From positions 53,940,001-54,004,000 of the forward strand of contig OX597821.1 of NCBI GenBank assembly GCA_951406725.2: a stretch of 64,000 nt of DNA. The letters run 5' to 3'. This document shows positions 52,938 through 64,000 of this stretch, one piece after another. A model generated the notes under the pieces. That model was not told where the DNA came from and did no database searches. It worked only from the letters and a program-made list of their open reading frames with translations. Source of the stretch: Octopus vulgaris (taxonomy: Eukaryota). The translations under genes were made by a program, and so were the position numbers. Each line of letters begins with the position of its first letter. Position 1 is the stretch's first letter.

Positions 52938-53157
52938 ATCAGCTTTGATGAAACAGATCAACAATCTCTCATAATACATCCCAGCCATGACTATCACAAG
53001 GATCTTTTTACAAAGATGGTATATCTAGGAGGACATTACCCAATGCATCTTTCTTATTTGAAATTGAAGGATGAGATTTAAGGCTGATTTGGCATGCATT
53101 TTGTATTTCTGGAAATTCAATAAACACATAGAAGCTCCTTATTTACCTTTTTATTAG

Positions 53158-53512
53158 TGCAGGCATGGCTATGTGGTAAGAAGCTTGCTTTCCAACCATA
53201 TGGTTCCAGGTTCAGTTCCACTGCATGGCACCTTAGGAAAGTGTCTTTTACTATAGCCTCAGGCTAACCATAAGTGTATTAGGTAGACGGAAGCTGAAAG
53301 AATCCCAACATGTGTGTGTGTGTGTGTGTTTTTTTTTTTGTGTCTGTGTTTGTCCCAACCACCGCTTGAAAACTGATGTTGTTGTGTTTACGTCCCTATA
53401 ACTTAGCAGTTCAGCAAAAGAGACTGACAGAGTAAGTATGGGGCTTAAAAAAGAAAGTACTGGAATTGATACATTCAGCTAAAACTTATTCCAGGTAGTG
53501 CCCCAGCATGAC
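53158..53512 (+). mobile_element. SINE family A (diverged)
   Basis: Head, internal (TG)n tract and 3' body all recognisable. Confidence 0.82.
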
Positions 53513-53537
53513 CAATAATAATAATAATAATAATATC

Positions 53538-53700
53538 ATCAGCAAACCAAGTACCTTAGGAATGAGAACCCAGAATTAGGTTCAAAATTCCACCAGTACA
53601 CTTGATGAAGGCTGAGTAAATCCACTGAAACGTGGTAACAACAAGATGAGGACACATATCCGTCTAATGTAAATAATATACAGAATTCCTCATCATAAGA
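53538..53700 (+). mobile_element. Short pLTR-like element with a decayed hammerhead-like motif
   Basis: acac-TTGATGA-aggctg...-GAAA-cgt at 53598-53636; follows an (AAT)n tract. Confidence 0.45.
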
Positions 53701-53711
53701 AAAAATATAGA

Positions 53712-53863
53712 ACAGGCTTCTTTCAGTTTCCATCAACCAAATCCACTCACAAGGTTTTGGTCGACCCAAGGCTATACTAGAAAACACTTGCGCAAGGTGT
53801 CACACAGTGGGACTGAACCGGGAAGCATGTGTTTGGGAAGCAAGCTTCTTACCACACAGCCAC
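53712..53863 (-). mobile_element. SINE family A 5' half
   Basis: ggcttctttcagtttcc...gggactgaaccggg...cttaccacacagcca. Confidence 0.8.
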
Positions 53864-54341
53864 AACCTCTGCATAGTACATTATTTTCTAACCCTGAATG
53901 TATACAAAACAAAGGGAAATGTTGGCTTTGGCAGAATATGAACTAAGAATGTAAAGAACTAGAACAAAATACCCCAAGGCATTTTTGATGTTCTAATGAT
54001 TTTGCTAATTCCCAGCATTTTCTATTAATAATTCAGTATAATTGCCATGTTAAAGAAAAGGATGTTGAAAGTAGTTGCATCTGTTTGAGACAGAAATATC
54101 AGCACTTCAAGAATTTCTGCAGAAAGCCTCGCTTTCAGACACACAATTGTGTCAATAGAAAGATTAATTTTCAAATTTCTGTCAGTTTATTAATATTCTA
54201 ATGGCAGAAATAAATCTAATCTGTATAAACTTTCCAATGAGGAATCAAACAAATGAGCTTATACAAAGTCAATCAGTCTACTAGAAATAGCAACAAATTG
54301 TTGCTCAAATCATACAACTCAACAGATCAAGTCCCTACATT

Positions 54342-54577
54342 CTTATTTCAATATTGCCCACAAGGGGCTAAACATAGAGGGGGACAAACAAGAACAGACA
54401 AAGGGATTAAGTTGATTAGATTGACCCCAGTGCGTAACTAGTACTTAATTTATCGACCCCGAAAGGATGAAAGGCAAAATCGAGGTTGGTGGAATTTGAA
54501 CTCAGAACGTAACAGCAGACAAAATACCACTAAGCATTTTGCCCGGCGTGCTAACGTTTCTGCCAGCTCGTCGCCTT
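54342..54577 (-). mobile_element. SINE family B, full length, with a 16-bp TSD (one mismatch)
   Basis: TSD atcaagtccctacatt 54326-54341 / atcaactccctacatt 54578-54593. Confidence 0.9.
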
Positions 54578-54719
54578 ATCAACTCCCTACATTGTCAATC
54601 AAACTGCTTCTAGTAGTATCAACTTCTCACTTGAGTCATACAAGTCTACAAAAGCCTCTATGTGATTGCTTGCCCTGCTAAACATAGCAGTAAAATCTTC
54701 CTCAAACTATTACATCATA

Positions 54720-54907
54720 TTACATATCCCATGTTTGAATGACCACTGGGACACAACTGATGACTTTGCAGCCAGATCCCTTCACTCGTCTCTGTCTTCT
54801 ACCTCTCGCACTGTGTCTTGCTTCTTTAGGCCTGTCCACTCACAGATGTTGTTTTCCCACGTCTTTTTCTGTCTGCCTCTGCATTTTCCACCTTTAACAG
54901 TTCCCTG
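54720..54907 (-). mobile_element. RTE LINE 3' end fragment
   Basis: QGTVKGGKCRGRQKKTWENNICEWTGL...VEDREE*RDLAAKSSVV. Confidence 0.8.
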
Positions 54908-55095
54908 AATGGGTAATGCGAAGGAGAAGTGAAAACTGTCCTGAAGGACAATACATAGGAGAGGTAGAGCAAGGAGCTCAGAAAATCATGTCCAGTACAG
55001 TTGAAGGCAATGCGGAAAAGAATGACACCGCCTTAGGTTGGCATGGGTCATGTGATAGTGGGAGGAGGGTAACAGATAAAGACACAGAGTGAAAA

Positions 55096-55146
<51 letters not shown>

Positions 55147-55950
55147 AAGGAAATTAAGAGAAGCAAAGTAAAGGGAAGAGACAGAATGACACGAAAAATA
55201 TTCCCATCCACTAATGGTCTCATCTCGAGCCCATTTTGTTTTGTTATGTTTAGGTCCCATTCCCAGCAAGTTTCTTGTCGGTCCCTCCAGAGTGGAGACT
55301 GAAATTGCATTTGACCCTCTGACCAATAACTGATGAAGAATTGGTGACCTTCTGTGTTTTCTGTCCATCTGTGTATTTAGTATATGTTTATTTGTTTATT
55401 TACTACACATTTTTTTAAATTATATTTATAGGAAGGTCATATTTTCCTTTAGTTATCTTTTTATTTAATCCTGAAAAAGTACATATATATATGTATAGCC
55501 ATAACAGCAAAGAGACAGTTAGATGGACTAGTAGAAAAGAAGCACCAGAGTAAAATATCAAGTTGCTAGAAGGAAGCTAGTCATCAGGTATATCTAACAA
55601 GAGGAGAGACAAGAAAGAAGAGGTTTGTGCATGTTCTGTGACATGAGGTTCACAGGTTTGAGTTGGGCCACAATATTAGATTGTATGAAAAAGAAAATAG
55701 TGATATTGTCCTGGAGGAATATATATAAAATGATAATGGTATATTTGGTCTCAATGATGCTGTAAAAAAGAAACATGAATACACTACTGTAAAAGGCTGC
55801 TGAGTGTGAAAAATGCATGATAGAGGAACCTGCCAACCAAGATGACAATATAATAAGTAGAACAATAAGGAAATTGAAACTAAGGAAGGCAATTGGGCTT
55901 TCAGTGATAGTTGTCCGGATGCTCAAAGTATTATTATGAAAATTACATGA

Positions 55951-56122
55951 AGGCACAGGAGTGGCTGTGTGGTAAGTAGCTTGCTTCCCCAACACATGGT
56001 TCCAGGTTCATTCCCATTGTGTGGCACCTTGGGCAAGTGTCTTCTGCTATAGCCTTGGGCCAACCAAAGCCTTGTGAGTGGATTTGGTAGACGGAATCTG
56101 AAAGAAGACTGTCGTATATATG

Positions 56123-56187
<65 letters not shown>

Positions 56188-56420
56188 CATGTATGTGTGT
56201 GTATATATTTGTGTGTCTGTGTTTGTCCCCCCAACATCACTTGACAACTGATGCTGGTGTGTTTACATCCCTGTAACTTAGCCGTTTGACAAAAAGAGAC
56301 CGATAGAATAAGTACTAGGCTCACAAAGAATAATTCCTGGGGTCAATTAGCTCGACTACAGGCAGCGCTACAGCATGGCCGCAGTCAAATGACTGAGACA
56401 AGTAAAAGAGAGTAAAAGAG
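55951..56420 (+). mobile_element. SINE family A, full length
   Basis: Consensus match with an expanded internal (TA)n tract. Confidence 0.92.
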
Positions 56421-56449
56421 AGATATAAAAAGGGTCATTACACAACTAA

Positions 56450-57230
56450 TTAAGGAGAGAAGTCTAGACGAAATATAGTTCAACTTTCTCCTCTGAAGAG
56501 GTGCTACTGATACCGTATTCCTTGAAAGGCAACTGTAAAAGAAATACAAGGTTAGGAATAAACATCAATAACTAGTACTTGTTCACCTGGAGAAGGCCTT
56601 TCATAGAGTTCCTTGCACTGTGATTAGCTATTTTCTAAGGAAAATATGAATGGACAAATAACATGTAAGGACCATGCAAGCTATGTACATAGATAGAAGC
56701 AGTTAGCAAGGTGAGAATCAGCAAGGAGTTCAGTGATGACTATAGGGTGCAGAATAGAGTTCATCAGAACTCAGTTCTGAGCACATTCCTGTTTATCATT
56801 GTCCTCCAAGCTATAATAAAGGAATTTAAAACCGGCTGCTCTTGGAAACTCCTATATGCAGGCAACTCATCTCTTATAGCAGTCTGAATAGAAATGTCTT
56901 TCAGCAAACTTAGGAAAAAGTAAAATTTTACTTGGTAGGATATCAGGATACTTATAACTTCAGGAAATTGGACATGGTCCATTTGCAGAAATGAGATTGT
57001 AGATATTCTATAAGATAGGCCAAGTGTAAACAATAAATTTGTAAGAGGGCAAACTCCATGATATTTGTGTCTGGAGTACATTATTGCACATCAAGGAGAC
57101 ATGAGCTTAGAATGCAAAAGACATGTGAAGACTAAAATGAAATGAGGTTAGCATGCTTGGGTGGATCTGCCTTGTTAGGATGTATGAACGATGAAGTAGG
57201 AATAAACTGAGTGACAGAATACTACATGGG
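56450..57230 (+). mobile_element. Decayed RTE-type RT fragment
   Basis: VLVHLEKAFHRVP, VHQNSVLSTFLFIIVL, WKLLYAG motifs. Confidence 0.75.
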
Positions 57231-57475
57231 ATTCCTTGCAGAACCTGTTCTATTCCTTTGCTTTTGGAGTCCAAATTCCTAACATTGTTCTCTACATGGT
57301 AAAGTATCTGTCAACAGTACCCAGTAGGTGGTCCAGAATCAGATAGAGAGATATGTTTGCAGTACATCTTGGTAACATCAATACAAAAGCCAGTGAGGGC
57401 TCAAATGACATGGAATAAACGGTAGGACCAAAAAAAACCCAAAAGAAACAAGAATGTGATGGGATAAATACATCA

Positions 57476-57740
57476 CTGGCTCATTAGTTATGCTAATTAT
57501 TGGCTCATTTAATTATGTTGATTCTTGTACCCGTGATTGTTAATTATTATTTCACTAATTATGTTTACTCTTGGCTCAGTAATAATGCTGCCTATTGATT
57601 CAATAATTGTTTTAACTGTAGGCTCAATAATTATTTTAACTGTTGGTTCAATAATCATATTAGCTGGTAGCTTAATATTTATGCTTAGTATTTGTTCAGT
57701 TACTATGTTAAGTCTTGGTTCAATAATTATAATGCTATCA
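57476..57740. repeat. Degenerate 24-bp minisatellite
   Basis: Units such as tggctcaataattattttaactgt repeated about 10 times. Confidence 0.8.
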
Positions 57741-58383
57741 TTGGACTTGTTAATTCTCTCTAAATATTCCACTTACAGATGAGTACTAATTGATTCTGTA
57801 ATTATCTGTCTGCAATGTTTTTCACTGCAGGGGAAGTACAGTTTCACATGAAAATTGCTCGTTTACAGTTTGCAAAAGTTTTAATAAATATTTCTTCTGA
57901 AATCATTTTTTTTTTTGTGTTAGAATTCTTTCTCTTTCTCTTTTTTTTTTTCTATTTCTCATTCCAGAATTTTTTGAGTGTCAACAGAATATGCATTTAT
58001 ATTGACAGATACATTATTATATTGTAGGAATGATGTTTGTTACTATGTAATCTTCATAAACTATATTCACTGACATAAATATTCATATCCTTAGTTTTTG
58101 TTGGACTAGTCATATCAATCTCAACTAAAGTATTATCATATAAATCATCATACTAATCCTATTATATACACATACAAATGTGTCTTACATTTAATGTGCA
58201 TGTATACACTTAGGTAAAAAGAAATTGACAGGCATTATACTCACAGTCTTTGTTAATTTTAAAAAGTATATAATACATACACTTGTCCTCATTGTAATAT
58301 ACAACTACTTCTCAATATCAACAATGTTGCTACTGTTGATATAGATTTTATCTCACAATTACTGAGACAACATATAATCAGTT

Positions 58384-58417
<34 letters not shown>

Positions 58418-58671
58418 TTATATACACACATATATAGATACGCATACACTCCCAGGAACACACACAAACACATACACACACATATGCACATACACTCAGC
58501 AGCATTTTTTTATGCTGGCATAGGCTGCATGGTTTTCTGAGGTGGTGTTTTAGAAGGTGAATTGCAATATGCAAGGTACCTACACAAAATCTTGATATCT
58601 TATATTGGCTCAAGCTTTGTCAGCATAGAAAGGGGGCAGGAATAAAATGATAATATGTATTATACATGTGA

Positions 58672-58860
58672 GGTGGTGAGCTGGCAAAATGCTTAGTGGC
58701 ATTTCAACCGTGTTTCTGTCCTGAGTTCAGATTACACAAAGATTGATTTTACCTTTCATTCTTTCAGGGTCAATAAAATAAGTACTGGTTGAGCACTGAG
58801 TTTGATGTAATCGAATTACTGCCTACTCTTTAAATTGTTGGTCTTGTGCCAAAACTTTAA
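58672..58860 (+). mobile_element. SINE family B-related copy (diverged)
   Basis: ggtggtgagctggcaaaat...ctgagttcagatt...aataagtactggttgagcactg. Confidence 0.75.
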
Positions 58861-58864
58861 AATA

Positions 58865-59431
58865 TTATGTTGTCCGGAAAGTTCGTACCGATTTATAGTA
58901 GCTTACATTTCGAATTATTTTAGAACATGGTTGAGTCCATAAAATAGGATTTGACTACACCTTCATTTAGAGCACAGTTTAAGCTATCTTTCTGTGGAAG
59001 AATGTTTATGTTTCTATAAGCTGTGTTAATTCTGTAACCCTTTTAAAATGGAAGATAAGAAAGTTTATTTTCGGCACTTGATACTTTGGGAACCAGACAA
59101 AAATTGCTGTAGCTCGGCTGGGATGAGTTACCCCACCCTCCATATTCACCAGATATTGCTCCTTTGGATTTCCACTTATTCAGGTCTCTGCAGAATAATC
59201 TTAATGGTAAAAATTTCAATTCCTTGGATGACATAAACAGATACCTTGAGGAATTCGTTGCCATGAAACCACCTCAATTCTGGGAAGAGGGTATTTTCAA
59301 GTTAAAGGAAAGATGGAGACCCATTATGCAACAAAATGGTTCATATTTGGTTGATTAAAAATGTAATGACAAGTATTTATTGACCTTTTCCTTTCCTTTA
59401 AAAATCAGCACGAACTTCCCGGACAACCCAA
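58865..59431 (+). mobile_element. Internally deleted mariner (non-autonomous)
   Basis: TA-flanked TIRs ttatgttgtccggaaagttcgtaccgattt / aaatcagcacgaacttcccggacaacccaa; MEDKKVYFRHLILWE fused to LGWDELPHPPYSPDIAPLDFHLFRSLQN...WEEGIFKLKERW. Confidence 0.93.
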
Positions 59432-59479
59432 TATTATACATATGTATGTGATGTGTTTAGTGTCAGCAGGTATGACCTT

Positions 59480-60450
59480 GAAATATTTTCAGAAGACTCT
59501 TCACTAAAAGGCACCTGTTTTGTGAGAATCCTTGCCAAGGAAGTTTTGTTTTGATCTTGTTGTAAGAATAACATCTGCTGTGACTGTAGAGACCCACATG
59601 TGAGTGAGAGTCCTGGCTACAGTGATTTTATTTGAAGCACTGTCTACCAGCTTTATTCTGATGCTAATTTCCTATTGATTTTGTTTTTTTTCGTTTTTTT
59701 TGTCATCTTTTTAAACCCTTGCCAGTTGCCAGTGGGAGTGATCGCCAACAATATTTTCCCACATTTCAACATTCATGGAAGTAAACATTGTGTCTCTCTT
59801 ATTGATATCTTTGGAACAAAGATGGGACTGCACTTGTGTTCTCTTGCCAGAGACCAGTTCCCCATGCCACATGCTTTTCTAAAATCCTCCCATCTTGCAT
59901 GCAGTATATATGTCCAGCCAATGGGGAAGTAACTGTTATAGTAGCATAAGAAGGCTTGGTACTTTGGCATGTGCCAGGATCTCACTGTTGGTGACTTGGT
60001 CATTTCCCTTGATATTCAGAATCTGTCTCAGATATTCAGCTGGAAGTCATTGAGATGCTGCTCTTGTCTGAAATAGATGTTTTACACTATCATAAAGCAG
60101 TGTTCTGAGAGTGCAAGTTCTGTAGACTGCAGCTTTTACATGCACTGTTAGCCTACTTTTCTCCCAGACATTTGCTGCTAGCCTGGCTAAAACTGAAAGT
60201 AACTTTTACAGTTTGTCTGTTGATCTCAGACTCAAGAATGATATTGTCTATGGTTGAGTGGCCAAGGATTACCCTGAGCTTAGAATTTCCTCCACCTCCC
60301 TTCTTCTTATTCTTCTTGTTGCAACTGTAGTTGTTGATGGTAGAGGTAAGAGATTGCTCAGTACCTTGTCCCAGAATGATAGTCACGTCATGTTGAAGTT
60401 TTTTACAGACTTGTGTGGAAGTCTTACCATTTACATAAATGCTTCAATGT
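59480..60450 (-). mobile_element. Decayed RTE LINE post-RT/3' region
   Basis: LGHSTIDNIILESEINRQTVKVTFSFSQ (YLGS..EI..R..KA..F.RL-like) and downstream RTE-like motifs. Confidence 0.65.
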
Positions 60451-61892
60451 GATTCTCTGAAGAGACAAGTTAGTATAATTTTTTGAAGAAGTTTTTAAAA
60501 GAAGAAAACTTTTAAGAAATAATTAAATCAATTCCTATTTAACCAATTAATTCAAAGTGATCAATAATAAAATCAATTCCCATTTAACCAATTATTTCAA
60601 TCAAAATTATAATTCACAATTATTATAACATGAAAAAAACTTTTTGTTGAATGATAAAAATATACAATGGCAAACATAAAACCAATTTATTTATTTCATT
60701 TTTTTTTCTTATTTCAGAGTAATTCCCCAATGATCACACAGACAAATAATTACATATACACGAATACACTCACAAATAGATACTTTATCATAGTGTGGAA
60801 GTGTAGAATGGATAGCAGAATTTCTAAATCTTCTTAAGAATTGTTGGAGCAAAAATATTGTTTTTTTCTTTTCACTTCTGTATATAATTCCTTTACTGAG
60901 CTGCTCAACCATGAAGACAAAATGGCTCCTATTTTTACTCCAAGTTTATGGAATGCATAAAATTTAGAATCAGCAATGTATGAAGTAGTTGTCTCTCTGG
61001 AAGGGAGATGTCAGGACCAGACTGCTGCAGAAAATGTCAATGCTAACTAGGTCTTATGGATTAATATGGTAGTAATCCATCAATTACAGCAAACTATGAG
61101 ATGGAGAAAAGTCATTCCAGAGAAGAAAGAAGATGGTGGAGGCGGAGAAGGAGGAGGAGAAGAATGAAGTGGTGGTGGAGAGGGAGGGGAGCGATGAGAA
61201 GAGGAGGTGTAGCCGGGTTGCTGAGAGGAAGAAGAAAAGAGAGAGAGAGAGGAAGAAGAAGAAGAAGAAGAAGAAGAAGAAGGAGTTACCTGTACCTCAC
61301 ACTAAGATATATATGTGTGTGCATATATGTTCATATGTAAATGCATATGCATGTGTGAGTAGACAGGTGTACTGGAATTGAATTTCGCTGATAGCCCAAT
61401 CTGTTAAAAATAGCAAGCAAATTTTCCACCATCTAATACATCTAATATTAGATATCTAAAATAATTCACCATCACTGTCATAATCTTTTAAGATAATGTA
61501 CTCCTAAATACATCTATATAGTTAGGAAGGTCCTTATAATTAGAAAAGTTTTGATGATAGTTTACTAGAATGAGGTTTTCCAAGTGCTAAATAACAACAA
61601 TGTACTTCACTTCAAATAAAATAATAAGCTTCATTCTATTTGTAACTCATCAGTATGAATGAGACAACAAAGGAAAACAACATGTGACAAGATGCTGGGT
61701 TTCAGAGATGACCAATCAAATCCTTGCACATGTGGAAAAATTAAGGTAGTGGTAGCAGTGGGGACAGTGACTTTGATAATGATGACAGGATGGGGTGAGA
61801 AGAGAAAGGGGAGGGGGGAAGTTGTAGGAAGAAGGATGAAAAGCACGATTGACTTTCACAGGATTTGAGCTCCAGGCAAATGTAGCTGGAAT

Positions 61893-62257
61893 TTACTTGT
61901 TTCATTCATTTGACTGCAGGCATGCTGGAGTACCACCTTTAGTAGAGCAAATCGACACTAGGACTTATTCTTTGTAAGCCTAGTACTTATTCTATCGGTC
62001 TCTTTTGCCAAACTGCTAAGTTATGGGGACATAAACACACCACCATCGATTGGGGGGACAAACATATACACACACATACATATATACATATATACGACTG
62101 GCTTCTTTCAGTTTCCATCTACCAAATCCACTCACAAGGCTTTGGTCAGCCTGAGGCTATAGTAGAAGACACTTGCCCAAGGTGCCACACAGTGGGACTG
62201 AACTCGGAACCATGTGGTTTGTAAGCAAGCTACTTACCACACAGCCACTCCTGCGCC
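61893..62257 (-). mobile_element. SINE family A, full length
   Basis: Reverse complement of the consensus ending cacacagccactcctgcgcc. Confidence 0.92.
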
Positions 62258-62724
62258 GCAAGAATATATACCACAAAGAATTCTATCTAACTGTTTGTTC
62301 TACCTTTGACATTTCTTTGAAATAATATTTCAATCTCGTTAATTTAATAACGATCATATATAAATCTAATTAAACATAACTTTCCATTTATATGCTAAGC
62401 ATAATCCCTCAACACTCCTTACAATTGCATGGGATAAATTATTATTCAGTATTATATATTCTGGACATGACATAATACCAGAAGATTTATACTTCAAACT
62501 GTTACTCTTGTCCAACACTTTAGATGCTTCTCTTGCTATCACTAAGCCAATCCCATTATTATTATGCATATACGTATGTTTTATATGTATGTATATGTGT
62601 ATATATGTATCTCTATGTGTATCCGACTTAGAGCAGCGTGGAAAAGTGAATTTAAAATGATCATTACGAGGATGCTGATATGTGGGTGTGTCTTTGTATT
62701 TATGTCTGTTTGTAAGCATCACAT

Positions 62725-62905
62725 GACAACTGGTGCTAGTTTGTTTATATCATTGTAACTTAGCAGTTCAGCAAAAGAGGCTAACAGAATAAGTAACAGA
62801 CTTAAAGAATAAATACTGAGGTCAATTCATTTGACTAAAACCCTTCAAGGTGGTGCCCCAGTATGGCCACAATTCAATGACTGAAGCAAATAAAAGATAA
62901 AAGAT
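62725..62905 (+). mobile_element. SINE family A 3' half (diverged)
   Basis: gacaactggtgctagtttg...aatgactgaagcaaataaaagat. Confidence 0.75.
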
Positions 62906-63811
62906 GTGCTCTTGCACACACACACATAAACACATACGTGTGTGTGTGTATGTATATGTGTGTGTGAATGCAAGTGTGCAAATATTTGCATCATATGACA
63001 GTTATGAATAATTGTCACTATCATGAAAGCAGTGCCATTCATTTCCAATATTCCACAAGAACCTGTCCAAGGGTGGGGGAAATTACCTTGCTTGGAAATG
63101 AGTGAGCAATGGTGACAATAAAGGCATCTGGCTGTAGGAAGTCTATGATCCATTGATGCTAAAGCGACTCCTTTAATTGATTAAGGAAAACATTACATTA
63201 TTGCAAAGAAACCATTTTCATCAAATGACTGGATAGTCTTCAGACACAAAGGACAAACCAACTGCTTTAACATATTCATATCAACCAATGGAGTTCAAAT
63301 ATTTACATTGATTCTAATGCTGTATCTTTGGCAGAATGAGTTTGTAGTGTTGAACCCACTAGAATTTAGAGGTTAGTAGAGGTTGTAGTAGTGGGAGTAA
63401 TAATTGACAGTAGTGACCAAGTTACTTACACCTTGAAAATATTTTCTTTGTATTAATGTAATGTTTGCATTAATCAATTAAAGGAGTCACTTGAAACGGC
63501 CGTAATGAATTTACACCTGTACATCTTTATTACCTATTTCTATTTCATTCACTTACCCTGGAATCTGCACTTTAGAAATTTTATAGAAAGTATTTTTTGT
63601 ATTTTTATATAAAGTACATGTCTGAACAATCAGGAGTGGATCTCTTCACTAAGTTGGGTCGTGCTATCTGCATACACTGCAAGAATATCAAATACAAACA
63701 CTTCTGCGCAGAGTTTGATATTCGCCTGATATTGTCTGGGTGTGTAAATTAGATCGTCCTAGCAAGGTACCTCAATTTAAGCAACTAATTCAACTGAATC
63801 TTAATTTTATA

Positions 63812-63858
<47 letters not shown>

Positions 63859-64000
63859 GAGAAATTGTACAAAATCTATAAAAGGATGATGAGTAAAGCA
63901 CCAGCAGTTTCGATTACCTGTTGTTATCCATAGAAATATATATATGTATGTATGTATATATATATATATATATATGTGTATTTTTGTATGTTTGTATGTG

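Noticed and set aside
57476-57740. CRISPR-like periodicity
   Set aside because: Contiguous degenerate units without unique spacers, eukaryotic context and no cas genes.
60709-62560. Short open frames at 60709-60912 and 62366-62560 with nearby splice-like signals
   Set aside because: Several frames on both strands look equally plausible and no consistent exon chain could be built.

Overview
AT-rich, microsatellite-dense eukaryotic (metazoan) DNA. The SINE families and repeat landscape look like a coleoid cephalopod, most likely Octopus (inference from recognised repeat families). I found no host protein-coding gene I can support; nearly all listed ORFs come from microsatellites or decayed transposons. 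The window holds about 25 tRNA-derived SINE copies from three families, about 8 decayed RTE-type LINE fragments, five Tc1/mariner-superfamily relics, several MITEs and a 5S rRNA-derived sequence. It also holds a young, 5'-truncated Penelope-like (Naiad-type) element with RT and GIY-YIG domains flanked by 184-bp inverted pseudo-LTRs. Two signals stand out. (1) Four unrelated short elements carry minimal type I hammerhead-ribozyme folds with non-canonical cores and sit in simple repeats. The best is a hairpin-rich ~230-nt unit at 24.8-25.0 kb with a compensatory U3:A8 core. (2) Nearby unique sequence has repeatedly been copied, direct or inverted, into microsatellite edges.
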